From Octopus bimaculoides (lineage: Eukaryota): 58,130 nucleotides of DNA. Below, piece after piece: positions 1 to 12,048 of the stretch. Every line of letters begins with the position of its first letter. Position 1 is the first letter of the stretch. The stretch lies in assembly GCF_001194135.2 (NCBI RefSeq), contig NC_069005.1, positions 30,030,224 to 30,088,353 of the forward strand, read 5' to 3'. The notes under the pieces are model-generated. The model made no database searches, was not told where the DNA came from, and was given only the letters and a program-made list of their open reading frames with translations. Position numbers and translations under genes: made by a program.

Positions 1-551
1 GTTTGTGTCGCCTCTCTTGGTTTTCTTTCTTTCTTTCTTTCTTTCTTTCTCTTTTTCATTCATTTCTTCGTGGAAACTTTTATTTATTCTTATTTTATTT
101 TTGTATTTTAATTTCTCTGTGTGTGTGTGTGTGTGTGTGTGTTTCATTGGTTTAAGTTTCTCCATGTTGTTTGCATCTCATAGCGTTCTGTCTTCAGTGT
201 TATTCCTTCTTCCTCTGTCAAATATTTGTCATTCAAACTCTCACCTTCACTTCGTACTGCCTCCTTCTTCATCTACACATACATTTATAATTGCTTATGT
301 CGTTAAAAAGGTCACTTTGTAATTCACATGGCCTCACATTCATTCCCATTTAGCAATCACCACGGGCAAAAGTTTTCCCTCTGCCAAAACACTCTCTGGA
401 ACATTATTATCAATGTGGCCATTGTCAAACATTCCCGACAAATGCTCTCTGTAATTCACAATCTTCCATTGCTCAAGACCAATGCTCCTTACTAAAGCCT
501 GTGTCATCTGAGAGTTGGTCGATGTATGTTTGGGTAGCTCTTCCTCTCCTG

Positions 552-839
552 TAGTGATTCTTAAATGGGGTCCATGTGATCCTATGGAGTCCATATGATC
601 CTAAGGGGCCCTCACGACCGTATAAGGTTTTGTTGTTAAAGTTTATGTTCAATAAATTGGTGAAAACTTCTACAATATACAAAATATTTTAGCAATTTTT
701 TTTTATACAATTCCTAATAATGTTTAATGATGAAAATATAAAAGGACCTTTTTTTAAACATCGAATAGCTATGGGGGCCCATTAGAGTAAAATAAGAATC
801 AAAGGAGTCCATAGGTAAAAAAATGGTTGGGAACCACTG
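552..839. mobile_element. hAT-like non-autonomous element (MITE)
   Basis: Right end aaaaatggttgggaaccactg is the reverse complement of a CAGTGGTTCCCAAC-type hAT TIR; a degenerate left TIR tagtgattcttaa starts at 552; the 8-bp TSD is degraded. A related 3' end is at about 28130-28228. Confidence 0.65.
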
Positions 840-1277
840 GTTTACTGCATCTCCCACACTAGTGTAGCAGGACATTAGGGGGAAGTCCACCCTGGGCAGC
901 ACTTTTAAAGGGGCAGCACTTTTGGGTCTGCTGTAAGAATGTCTGACAAAACCAACATTTGTGAAACTTTGATGTTATTGTCAACCTTTTCCTTGTTAAA
1001 GATAAATGTATTGAGAGTGATATTTCAGTCAGTGTTTGATTTGTATATAACTGTATGTACATAATCACAAACATTAATATATACATTCACTCTCAAGTAA
1101 TACTTTTTCTCGTAAAATCTCATCCGGCCATCTTAAGGCAGAGTTGAAAGTAAAATGAGAGGAGAAACAGGCAACGACTTAGAGTAAGCTTAATCAGATG
1201 TCTTTCTCTCAACATGAAACTTAAGTTGATGTTGTCAAATTCTAAAGATACTCTCTGTGTGCGTGTGTGTGTGTGTG

Positions 1278-1460
1278 TACGAGGGGATGCTGAAAAGTTC
1301 CTGGCTTTGGCTAAAAGAAAATACAGGAGGATCAGTTAATTATGATCTTATTCAACATACTCCCCTCTCAGATTCATATACTTATTACAGCAGTCCTTCA
1401 GTTTTTCTAAACCCTGTAAAAGAACTTGGAAGGTTGGGCCTGCGACCAGGCCTTCCACAA
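1278..1460 (-). mobile_element. Mariner element remnant: TIR plus transposase C-terminus
   Basis: Begins TA-CGAGGGGATGCTGAAAAGTTCCTGGCTTT. The minus strand encodes LQGLEKLKDCCNKYMNLRGEYVE*, which resembles the mariner transposase C-terminal pattern (GI-KL--RW-KC----GEY-E). Confidence 0.8.
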
Positions 1461-2298
1461 TAACTAATCTGAAACCACACTCCTCAGATACCAGAAAGTT
1501 AACCAGGCAACGATGGATGCTCTGTGTAGTCTCTTGATCTGCTAGATGTAGCAGTGAGGCATCCTTAGCTTGGCAGTATAAACATTGCTGACTTGTCAAG
1601 ATATGTTGAACAGCTGTTGCTGTTTATAGCTGTCAGCTAAAACTATGATGAGGATGATGCTGATGTAGTCTGCCACTATCCCTGCTGTGTTTTTTTCTTT
1701 CTTTGGCCTGAAAGAGCAGACATGACATTTTTCCCCCTCTAGCTGGTGGTCATCATTGTCAAAGATTTATGGTGGGGAAAAGACTAAGGAATAATTACAA
1801 GTTGGGGGAGGGGGAGCAAATTTGCTGTAAAGGTTGAGAGTGGTGAAGAGGACTCTTGTGAATGGGCCCTACTTTGATTACAAGCTTGTAGACCAGGGGA
1901 CACAGTTGAGTGAGAGCAGCTGTTCTAGATGGTAAGGGTAATCTGGGATCTGTGGGGTTCCTTCATTAGCTTCATGTAGCCATTCCCTATTATGAGATTT
2001 CATTTCTTTTTATACTATTGTCCCCGCCACCTACCTGTTTTCTCATACACAACTTTGTGTGAAACCCTAATTTTCTGTAATATCTCTTTGCAATNNNNNN
2101 NNNNNNNNNNNNNNNNNNNNNNNNNNNNNNNNNNNNNNNNNNNNNNNNNNNNNNNNNNNNNNNNNNNNNNNNNNNNNNNNNNNNNNNNNNNNNNTTATTA
2201 CTATTATTATTATTATTTTGGAGTTGGCAGTAACAAATGTCTTTCTGTGTTGTTGCTGTTTTACATGTATGTGTCTGTCTGCTTTCTGTTTGTGTGTG

Positions 2299-2331
<33 letters not shown>

Positions 2332-2376
2332 TGTATGTATGTGATGTGTATATTTCTGTTGTGTGTAATGGATGGT

Positions 2377-2412
<36 letters not shown>

Positions 2413-2532
2413 TAATTTGTGTATGGCATTGTATTGTGTCCATTCTATGTGTGTGACATATGTATATCTATATGGCTTATGTGTACGTGTGTGTGTGTGT
2501 GTGTGTATGTGTGTGTGTGTATGTGTGTGTGT

Positions 2533-2568
<36 letters not shown>

Positions 2569-2858
2569 GCACACATATCTTTTGTGTGATGTATTTCATA
2601 CAGAAGGCCTTATGTCGTTTGTGTGTGTGAGATTGAGAGAGAGAAAGAAAGAGAGAGATAGACTGAAGGAAAGAAACAGTGAGAGAGAGGGAGGAAGTGT
2701 TGTATGGGGGGGTGGGGTGATGTAGAGGAGGCGAGGTATGGTGCAGGATGTATGTCATGTGACCATGATGTGATGATGTTCGATCAGATTCTATGTTAGG
2801 TCGTTATTGATCTGTTATTATCAGCAGTCAGGTCTGTACTGGATAGGATGGGTTCTAA

Positions 2859-2893
<35 letters not shown>

Positions 2894-3102
2894 TGTATAA
2901 TGCTGATGTATAGGGGTGTGTGTGTGTGTGTGTGTGAGAGACTGTGTATGTGTGTGATTGTGTAATAGTGATGTATAGGTGTATGTGTATGAAACTGTGT
3001 GTGTGTGTGTGTGTGTGTGAATGTGTGTGTATTTGTGTGATTGTGTAATAGCAGTGTGAGTGTGTGAGAGTGAGTATGTATGTGTGCAATTGTGTAATAG
3101 TG

Positions 3103-3135
<33 letters not shown>

Positions 3136-3353
3136 AGAGAGAGGCTGTGGATATGTGTGCATGAAGACATGATTGTGTATAATGATTTATAGGTGTATGT
3201 GTGTGACTGTATATATGTGTGAGTGTATGTTAGCGATGTTTAATGTGTAAATGTGTGATCGTGTGTGTAACTATTGAATAGTAAGATGTAGGTGTGTGTG
3301 TGTGTGTGTGTGATTATGTAATAATGAGGTAGAAGTGTATGTGTATGATAATG

Positions 3354-3389
<36 letters not shown>

Positions 3390-3809
3390 NNNNNNNNNNN
3401 NNNNNNNNNNNNNNNNNNNNNNNNNNNNNNNNNNNNNNNNNNNNNNNNNNNNNNNNNNNNNNNNNNNNNNNNNNNNNNNNNNNNNNNNNNNNNNNNNNNN
3501 NNNNNNNNNNNNNNNNNNNNNNNNNNNNNNNNNNNNNNNNNNNNNNNNNNNNNNNNNNNNNNNNNNNNNNNNNNNNNNNNNNNNNNNNNNNNNNNNNNNN
3601 NNNNNNNNNNNNNNNNNNNNNNNNNNNNNNNNNNNNNNNNNNNNNNNNNNNNNNNNNNNNNNNNNNNNNNNNNNNNNNNNNNNNNNNNNNNNNNNNNNNN
3701 NNNNNNNNNNNNNNNNNNNNNNNNNNNNNNNNNNNNNNNNNNNNNNNNNNNNNNNNNNNNNNNNNNNNNNNNNNNNNNNNNNNNNNNNNNNNNNNNNNNN
3801 NNNNNNNNN

Positions 3810-3860
<51 letters not shown>

Positions 3861-3889
3861 CACACACATATTTGTGTGTGTGTCTACAT

Positions 3890-4062
3890 GTGTCCCCTGC
3901 CACCAGACAACTGATGATGGCATGTTTACATCCCCATAACTTAGCGGTTTGGTAAAAAAGGCCGATAGAATAAGTACTAGGTCGATTTCTTCAACTAAAA
4001 CCCCTTAAGCTGGTGCTCCAGCATGGCCACAATCCAATGACTGAAACAAGTAAAAGAAAGAA
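3890..4062 (+). mobile_element. SINE family B, 3' part
   Basis: ccccataacttagcggtttgg...gatagaataagtactagg...ggtgctccagcatggccac...atgactgaaacaagtaaaaga; homologous to 34930-35075 and to the reverse complements of 11212-11390 and 41048-41255. Confidence 0.75.
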
Positions 4063-4584
4063 GATAAGCATTGCCAGTGATTGAAAGATCAGTTTTGTCT
4101 TTAATCCTTTCTGGGTTTGGGTGGCAGGTGCTTGATGGGATAAGGTCCCAGTTAAATAATAGATGGACTGGTCCTTGTGTTTATATCAGAAATTTAAAAA
4201 AGGGTCCTTGTGTTTATATCAGAAACAGTTTCCTGTTGCCCTCTGCTGGTTTATAATCCACTATTATCCACCCCCACTAGTCTTCTAACTCTTTTGAGCT
4301 TCCCTTTGAGGCACAGGGCATATTTAACCTTTAGGCAAGGGACACTGACTCATGTGACATCAAGACCTGCCCACAGACTGGTGGCCTTTTGTGACACATG
4401 CCTGGGGCCAGCCCTTGTCTGACTCTTGTGTGTCTTAACCACAGGACTATCTTCTGCTATCTGGCCCTAACTGGATACACTGGATCAGAGCAGATTTGGG
4501 ACTAGTGGTGTATAAGGAGTAACTCTACACTCCTTAAAACTCCTAAAACTCACAAGCTGGAACCTTGCCACTGGAGCAGTCAGA

Positions 4585-4804
4585 CCCTTTAGCATTTAAA
4601 CTGGCCACATCCTGCCCAAATATTCTACATGTTTTATGTTTAAACTGGTCAGATCCAGCCTCTCATACCTTTCCTATGAAGTTATTCTAAAAATAAACAT
4701 TCACGTCATCGAAATCTCAAAGCTATGAGATAATGCATGATTAATTCAGAACAGTGTGAATAAGTAAGCATTACATTTGACAGGGTAATCTGAATACTAA
4801 AGGG
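4585..4804 (-). mobile_element. piggyBac-like (TTAA) MITE, opposite orientation to 42700-42919
   Basis: Ends CCCTTTAG and CTAAAGGG, 220 bp; the interior is the reverse complement of 42700-42919; the TTAA flanks are degenerate. Confidence 0.7.
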
Positions 4805-5123
4805 CTAAAGTCTTGCTCATGGACAGACCAGTGAAGGGAAATCTTCTAAGCTGGGCATGTTGAAATTTTAATTTCTATCATAATCCCTTAATCCTGTTAT
4901 GGAATATCAACATTGTCTGAACAAAAGATAGAATGGCTGTGTTTGGAGGATTTTGCACCAGAGGGTCTGTTGAATGAAAACTGGTCTGAGGGTCAATAAG
5001 AACCCAATAATAATCATTACAAACATTTCCATTGTTCAGCTACCCAAGGAGCCTTCAGAGTACCCAATTAGGGGCCAAATAGCAGAAAACAGTGCTGTGG
5101 CCAAGGTATACAACACCCAGAGA

Positions 5124-5352
5124 CGGTGAGCTGGCAGAAACGTTAGCGCACTGGGCAAAATGCTTAGTGGTATTTCGTCTGCTGTCACGTTCTGAGTTCA
5201 AGTTTCACCGAGGTCGACTTTCCCTGTCATCCTTTTATGGTCGATAAATTAAGTACCAGTTATGCACTGGGGTCGATGTAATCGACTTAACCCCTTTGTC
5301 TGTCCTTGTTTGTCCTCTCTATGTTTAGCCCCTTGTGGGCAATAAATAAATA
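5124..5352 (+). mobile_element. tRNA-derived SINE family A, full length, with perfect 16-bp TSD
   Basis: A-box-like gagctggcagaa, B-box-like gagttcaa, core gtcgactttccctgtcatcctttt...gtcgataaattaagtaccag, A-rich tail. TSD ATACAACACCCAGAGA at 5108-5123 and 5353-5368. Confidence 0.9.
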
Positions 5353-5955
5353 ATACAACACCCAGAGAAGGGCTGACTCCTAAGACATCTCACATGGGGC
5401 CAACAGTGTGACGCATATATGTGGACATGTCCTCATGTGATTTGAGCCAGTTCCCTCTATCTAAAGGTTGAATGGGCCCTGTGTCTGAAGAGCAGGTACA
5501 AAAGAGCAGATACAGAAGAGCAGGAAACTTGCAAGGTGATTTGCAAATAAAGCAACAAATAGCAACAGGAAATCTCTGCTGTATCTTTCACACAAGGAAG
5601 TTACTTGACTTGTTAGAAATAGCATTCAAATTGCCCTCAAATGATACCTGGCCAGTTTTAAAAAACGGTTATGGGAAGGAATTAAAACAAAACAATTCAG
5701 GATGGTTGGAGTTGGAATGTTTCTTAGTAATTTAGGAAGATCTGCTGGATTAGAGCTGACCTGTAAATGGTTTAGATCCTGTAACAGATCTTTGTGAAAC
5801 CATTGCAAGCGTGCACATGTATGCACCATAACTATACCGCACCATTGCTGCTAGTACTATTTGCACCACTGCATTCAGTCAGCCGTGTCATTGCAGTTGC
5901 TGCTATTGGACACTGGTTATAAATGCAGACATTGCACATAACGTGTGACAACCAC

Positions 5956-6004
<49 letters not shown>

Positions 6005-6274
6005 CATGCATGCTTTCATACACTCACACAAATTGTCACACATACATTCTCTCATACACAAATTCTGTCTGTCTGTCTTTCTCACACACGCGCACACACA
6101 CACACACACACTCATACACAAATTCTCTCTTACACACAACTTATCTCACACAGACATACATACACACAAATTCTCACGCACGCACACACACGCACATACA
6201 AATTCTCTCATGCATACACACTCACAAACTCTCCTAATACACATACTAACACACATAAATTTTCCCACGCACAC

Positions 6275-6312
<38 letters not shown>

Positions 6313-6356
6313 ACATGCACACAAGTTGCTTCATGAATGAATGAATGAAAATGAAA

Positions 6357-6710
6357 GGGCGTGGCCAAGCACTGCACAGCACGGCATGACACGGTGTAAC
6401 GCAGCAATGATGGGCGCTGGACGCAGTGTCGCGTGAGTGTTGTCCGAGTTTGTGAGTNNNNNNNNNNNNNNNNNNNNNNNNNNNNNNNNNNNNNNNNNNN
6501 NNNNNNNNNNNNNNNNNNNNNNNNNNNNGGGGGAAGAAGAAACGGTGGTGGGGGTAGGGAGAGGAACAGGCAGACTCTGTCCAATGGTAGCATGGGGGGG
6601 GAGGAGGAAGAGGAGGAGGAGGGAGAGAGCAGTACAACGCCGCCCCCTCGTCCCCGTTTGGGATAACCATATATGGTCGCTTCTCTGTAGCTAGCTTATC
6701 TCTGATTGGT
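6357..6710. promoter_or_regulatory. CpG-enriched intronic cluster with GC box, CCAAT boxes and CArG box
   Basis: GGGCGTGGC 6357-6365; CCAAT 6581-6585; CCATATATGG 6667-6676 (fits CC(A/T)6GG); reverse CCAAT (ctgattggtc) around 6705-6709; many CpGs in an otherwise CpG-poor window. Interrupted by a gap at 6458-6528. Confidence 0.4.
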
Positions 6711-6991
6711 CGATTAACTAGCTGCAGATGGGCCAGAATGAGGAAGATGCTGCTACTACTACTATTACTGCTGCTGTTTTTGATGCTGCTGCAGCAGTGT
6801 TGCTGTGTGTATGAGTGTGTGTATATGTATGCATGTATGTATGTGTATGTGTGTGAACATGAGTGTGGGTGTTTCTCTATCTGTCTGTGTGAAAATTCTC
6901 TGAATGGCTAGTTTGACCTTCTTCGATCACCTTCACCCGTATTTCTGTCTGTATGTCACCCAGTCACATTCTGTGTGTGTGTGTGTGTGTT

Positions 6992-7028
<37 letters not shown>

Positions 7029-7087
7029 TTATCAGGATGTGTGTATTTGTGTTTGAGCCTGCTTGTATATATATATATATGTATGTA

Positions 7088-7118
<31 letters not shown>

Positions 7119-7500
7119 ACATATGTCTAATAAAACTGTATGTGTGTGCATGCTCCCAAGAATATGTGTGTATACACATATGTTCATGACCGTGTGTGTG
7201 TGTGTGTGTNNNNNNNNNNNNNNNNNNNNNNNNNNNNNNNNNNNNNNNNNNNNNNNNNNNNNNNNNNNNNNNNNNNNNNNNNNNNNNNNNNNNNNNNNNN
7301 NNNNNNNNNNNNNNNNNNNNNNNNNNNNNNNNNNNNNNNNNNNNNNNNNNNNNNNNNNNNNNNNNNNNNNNNNNNNNNNNNNNNNNNNNNNNNNNNNNNN
7401 NNNNNNNNNNNNNTATATATTTTTAAATGTGTTGTTTTATGGATGTGTGTTTGTGTGTGTGTATACACACACACACATTGAATGAATGGGTGTTAAAGTA

Positions 7501-7540
<40 letters not shown>

Positions 7541-7633
7541 CATTTATGTTTCTATGAGTGCCTTCAATGTGTCTGTGTGTCTCCGCAAACACAAGCCATA
7601 TTTTTGTCTTTCATCACATGATTGGTGATGCTT

Positions 7634-7681
<48 letters not shown>

Positions 7682-8489
7682 TTACTACTACTGCTGCTGC
7701 TGCTGCCACCATAAACACTGCTACTACCACCCTTCTCTCTTCTCAATTCCCCCTCCCCTCCTCCTTTTGTGCTTTCTTCTTATCATTTCCCTCTCTGCAC
7801 CCCCTCCCTCACTTCATTCTGATGACTTTTCTCACCAGACCACCCATATATGGTAAAAGAGATGTGGGTGGTTTACACACACACACACATGCACATGTGC
7901 ATATATACACACACACATACACGTATATGTATTTCATTTCCCTCTTATCTGTTATCTCTGTTTCCCTCTCTCTCATCTGTTATCTCTCTCTCTCTCTCTC
8001 TCACACCAACATACTGTGATGTTTGCCAGTCACAAGACAAAACCACTTGTTGGTTACCGTTCCTTGAGTCTCCCCCCACCCCGCAATCTACACCACCTCA
8101 TCAAAACAAGAAACTTGTTGGTAGGGGGCACTGCATGTCTACTTGTAAACTTGCCTTATTTTGATATTATCTTGAATAACAAAAATCCAGATCTCTTCTC
8201 AGCTGGTCAGAGATGGGAGTGGGGTGGAGATGATGATGGGGTGGGGGTGAGTGCTCCCACCCCTTCCTTGCACGTGTGCCCTTTTTTCCTTTGACCTACA
8301 CCTTCCCCTTGTCATCGATGGTCACATCAATGTCCCTCTACATGTCTTCTGTTGTCTTTCACATTCCCTAGTTGTCACCTACACTCACCCTGTCATTAGC
8401 CTCACTCACCTCTTGCCAGCTTCACCCACTTGTTGCTAGCTGCACTCTTTTCTCTAGACACTACCCACACTCTTCTGTTTGTTACCAGC

Positions 8490-9170
8490 CTCACTCTCCT
8501 GTGGCCTGCCTCACTCTCCTGTTGCCAGATTCACTCTCCTGTTGCCAGATTCACTCTCCTGTTGATCCTGCCTCACTCTCCTGTTATCCCCTCACTCTCC
8601 TGTTGCCCTCTCACTCTCCTTTTGCCAGCCTCACTCTTCTGTTGCCCCCTCACTCTTCTGTTGCCCCCTCACTCTTCTGTTGCCCCCTCACTCTTCTGTT
8701 GCCCCCTCACTCTCCTGNNNNNNNNNNNNNNNNNNNNNNNNNNNNNNNNNNNNNNNNNNNNNNNNNNNNNNNNNNNNNNNNNNNNNNNNNNNNNNNNNNN
8801 NNNNNNNNNNNNNNNNNNNNNNNNNNNNNNNNNNNNNNNNNNNNNNNNNNNNNNNNNNNNNNNNNNNNNNNNNNNNNNNNNNNNNNNNNNNNNNNNNNNN
8901 NNNNNNNNNNNNNNNNNNNNCTCTCCTGTTGTCTCCTCACTCTCCTGTTGTCCCCTCACTCTCCTGTTGTCCCCTCACTCTCCTGTTGTCCCCTCACTCT
9001 CCTGTTGTCCCCTCACTCTCCTGTTGTCCCCTCACTCTCCTGTTGCCCCCTCACTCTTCTGTTGCCTTCTCACTCTCCTGTTGCCCTCTCACTCTCCTGT
9101 TTGCCAGCCTCACTCTCTCATTGCCAACCTCACTCTCCTGTTATCACCCATACTCTTCTGTTGCCAGTCT
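8490..9170. repeat. 19-bp minisatellite (CCTCACTCTCCTGTTGYCC)n spanning a gap
   Basis: The unit tctcctgttgtcccctcac repeats with period 19 on both sides of the N-run 8718-8920. Confidence 0.9.
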
Positions 9171-9439
9171 CTGACTTATTTTAGCCTGGTGCTGGTGATG
9201 TGTTGGTGGTGATGGTTGTGGTGGTGATCGTGGAGGTGATGGTGATGGTGGTAGTTGTTGTGGCTGTGGTGACAGTGATGGTGAACTGCCCTGTCGTAGA
9301 CTACAGATGAGGGTTCTGCAATTTCTTTTCTCACCAACCTGCACAAATGATTTGCTTATGATGATCAAATTTTTTGCGCTGTACATTAAGCTCAGCTCCC
9401 TTCATCAAATCCACATTGCTTATGAATGGTGCACAGGGT

Positions 9440-9540
9440 ACCACATGTCAGATGTCGAAATGACTGAAGAGCAAAGTGAAATAAAGTGTTTTTGCAAATG
9501 AACACACTTCACCAGGAATCGAAACCACAATCTTGACGTC
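9440..9540 (-). mobile_element. SINE family C 5' fragment
   Basis: The reverse complement reads aagattgtggtttcgattcctggtga...gtgttcatttgcaaaacacttt, matching 10965-11035. Confidence 0.6.
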
Positions 9541-9842
9541 ATCATCATTGTCATCATACATATCTGTTTTCCATGCTGGAATGGATTATTAAAGCTGCAA
9601 AAATGTTCCCAAACTGTTACTCAGATTTTCGCATGACCATCCATCAGACAGTTGTGATAATACATTCAGCATTTTATCCACAAGTGTCTGATAAGCAGTT
9701 ACATGAAACTCTGAGTAACAGGTTGCGAAGATTTTTTCAGTTTTAATAAAATTGCATGTGTGTGTGTGTCGTTCAGAATTTCATATATCTGTACATTTCA
9801 CGTCACCTTTATACAGTAAGTTTTTAACTATATATATATATA

Positions 9843-9956
9843 ACCTTACCAAAACAGACAGTGAAGCCTGGTGCAGTCTTCTGGCTTGCCGGCTCCTATC
9901 AAACTGTCCAACCCATGCCAACATGGAAAATGGTATTTAAATGATGATGACGATGA
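9843..9956 (+). mobile_element. RTE-associated retroposon 3' tail (family D)
   Basis: tcaaactgtccaacccatgccaacatggaaaa...aaatgatgatgacgatga; the same motif occurs near 24740, 29410, 29820, 32985 and 56020. Confidence 0.7.
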
Positions 9957-10617
9957 TTTATACACACTTATGCATATGTAGTTTATTAGTTATATTTTAT
10001 CCTACCCTGGTACATCTGTGTTCAATGTGCTTTCTCCTCTCCTCCCCCTCCCCCCCCTCTCTGTCTCACACACACTCCCACACACTTCTGCAACTATACA
10101 ATACCACATGGCAACAGACGTTATTGACCTGTTGACCCCCTCAGTGGTGTGGATGACCCAGACCGAGGTCATTAGCAAATGTGCCAATGTTTTAACTCCA
10201 TCAGGGATGAGGATGAAACAACTCAAACCGACCGATACTAACACAGAATCTCTTTGTGCTGCTCAGCTCGACATGCTAAAAATAACTGCTAAATCATCCT
10301 CAAATGTACTGTTAACAATGATAGAAAGAAAAAACAAAAAAAAGAAGGACATTGTTGGATTATGTAAGTCCTCATACACTGTCTGAAGATGAAAATTAGA
10401 GTCAGGGGTGGGGGTCAAGGCTGGAATGCTGTTGATCATGAATAAGCCTTTCTGATCAGCATTGAGTTCAGATTAAACTACTACTACTAAATGAGAGTGG
10501 TTTCTACTGAGTCACTCAACCTGGCAGAAATGGTAGCCAAATTTCCCTCATATTATCTTCCACTGACTTTGCAAAGTAAGGGCTTATTACATGATGTTAG
10601 TGTTTTACTACTACTAT

Positions 10618-10673
<56 letters not shown>

Positions 10674-10924
10674 GCAGCTCATTGCTTCCTTTTACCAGGG
10701 TCTCTGGAAGAAATTTGACAAAAATGGAACGATACTACTATTGGGGCTCAAAAGGAGAGGGTCCTCCTGAAATTAAAGAATCATACCTGTTTTTTTTTCC
10801 TTTTTTTCATTTTATTTTATGGAGTGGTGGGGGGCTACCAAATTAACACAGCACCCGCTTCTCTAGCCCTTTGGGATCCAGACCGAATCCCTAATGTATC
10901 AGCTGAACCCATTCCCCTCCCTTT

Positions 10925-11155
10925 GTGGAGTTGTGTGGCTTAGTGGTTAGGGATGGACTTGTGATTGTAAGATTGTGGTTTCGATTCCTGGACTGGGTGG
11001 GCAACGTGTTGTGTTCTTGAGCAAAACACTTCATTTCATGTTTCGCCAATCCATTCAGCTGGCAAAAATGAGTAATCCTGCGACAGACTGGTGTCCCGTC
11101 CAGGTGGGGAATATACACGCCATGGAAACCGGGAAACTGGCCCTTATGAGTTGGT
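10925..11155 (+). mobile_element. tRNA-derived SINE family C
   Basis: A-box TGGCTTAGTGG, B-box-like GGTTTCGATTCC, then gtgttcttgagcaaaacacttcatttc...cagctggcaaaaatgagt; homologous to 15690-15795 and 23393-23720. Confidence 0.8.
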
Positions 11156-11211
11156 ATGACTTGAGAATGTAACTTTGCCTTTACTCATCCCACTCCCTTT
11201 TTCTTTTTTTT

Positions 11212-11580
11212 TTTATTTGTTTCAGTCATTTGACTGCGGCCATACTGGAGCACCGCCTTTAGTCAAACAAATTGAACCCCAGGACTTTGTAAGCCTAGTA
11301 CTTATTCTATCAGTAACTTTTGCTGAACCGCTAAGTTACGGGGACGTAGACACGCCACCATCAGTTGTCAAGCAATGATGGGGGACAAACAGACACAGAC
11401 ACAGACACACACACATATCCGATGGGCTTCTTTTCAGTTTCCGTCTACAAAATCCATGATGCTTTGGTCAGCTCGAGTTTATAGTAGAAGACGCTTGCCC
11501 AAGTTACCATGCAGTGGGACTGAACCCAGAACCACATGGCTGGTAAGCAAGCTACTTACCACACAGCTACTCCTGCACCT
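11212..11580 (-). mobile_element. tRNA-derived SINE family B, near full length
   Basis: The reverse complement reads gtagctgtgtggtaagtagcttgc...ggttcagtcccactgc...gacggaaactgaaaagaagccc, followed by the 3' part ending ggtgctccagtatggccgcagtcaaatgactgaaa; colinear with 34746-35075. Confidence 0.85.
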
Positions 11581-11673
11581 ATGCACCCCCACCCCACCAT
11601 CAATAACATAATCAGAATGTTATTTTATTCAAACGAAAGCTAATTGTGTGTGGTGGTCATTATCCATACTTTT

Positions 11674-11850
11674 GTACAGCTGTGGCTTTGTGGTAAGAAG
11701 TTTGCTTCCTCTCCACGTGGTTTCATGTTCAGTCCCACTCCATGACATCTTTGGCAAGTGTCTCCTACTATAGCACCAGGCCAACAAAAGCCTTGTTAGT
11801 AGATTTGGTAGATAGAAGCTGAAAGAAGTCTGCTGCGTGTATGTGTGTGT
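11674..11850 (+). mobile_element. SINE family B 5' head
   Basis: ctgtggctttgtggtaagaagtttgcttcc...gttcagtcccact...ggcaagtgtctcctactatag...gatttggtag. Confidence 0.8.
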
Positions 11851-12001
11851 GTGTGTTAATTCTGTCCAGGTTGTAGTCTGCTTTTCAAAGCTTGTCCACA
11901 AGTATCGGCTAACAAATGCTATCATACAGTGAGCTCAATTGTATCACTGGATTTACATCTGCAATTTTGTGAGGAAATGTAATTCACTGGTGTTTGCTGA
12001 G

Positions 12002-12048
<47 letters not shown>

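Noticed and set aside
340-594. Minus-strand 84-aa ORF with natural-looking composition (…EELPKHTSTNSQMTQALVRSIG…)
   Set aside because: Its start lies inside the hAT-like MITE, it has no pyrimidine-tract acceptor, and I recognise no family. A BLASTX would be needed to revive it.
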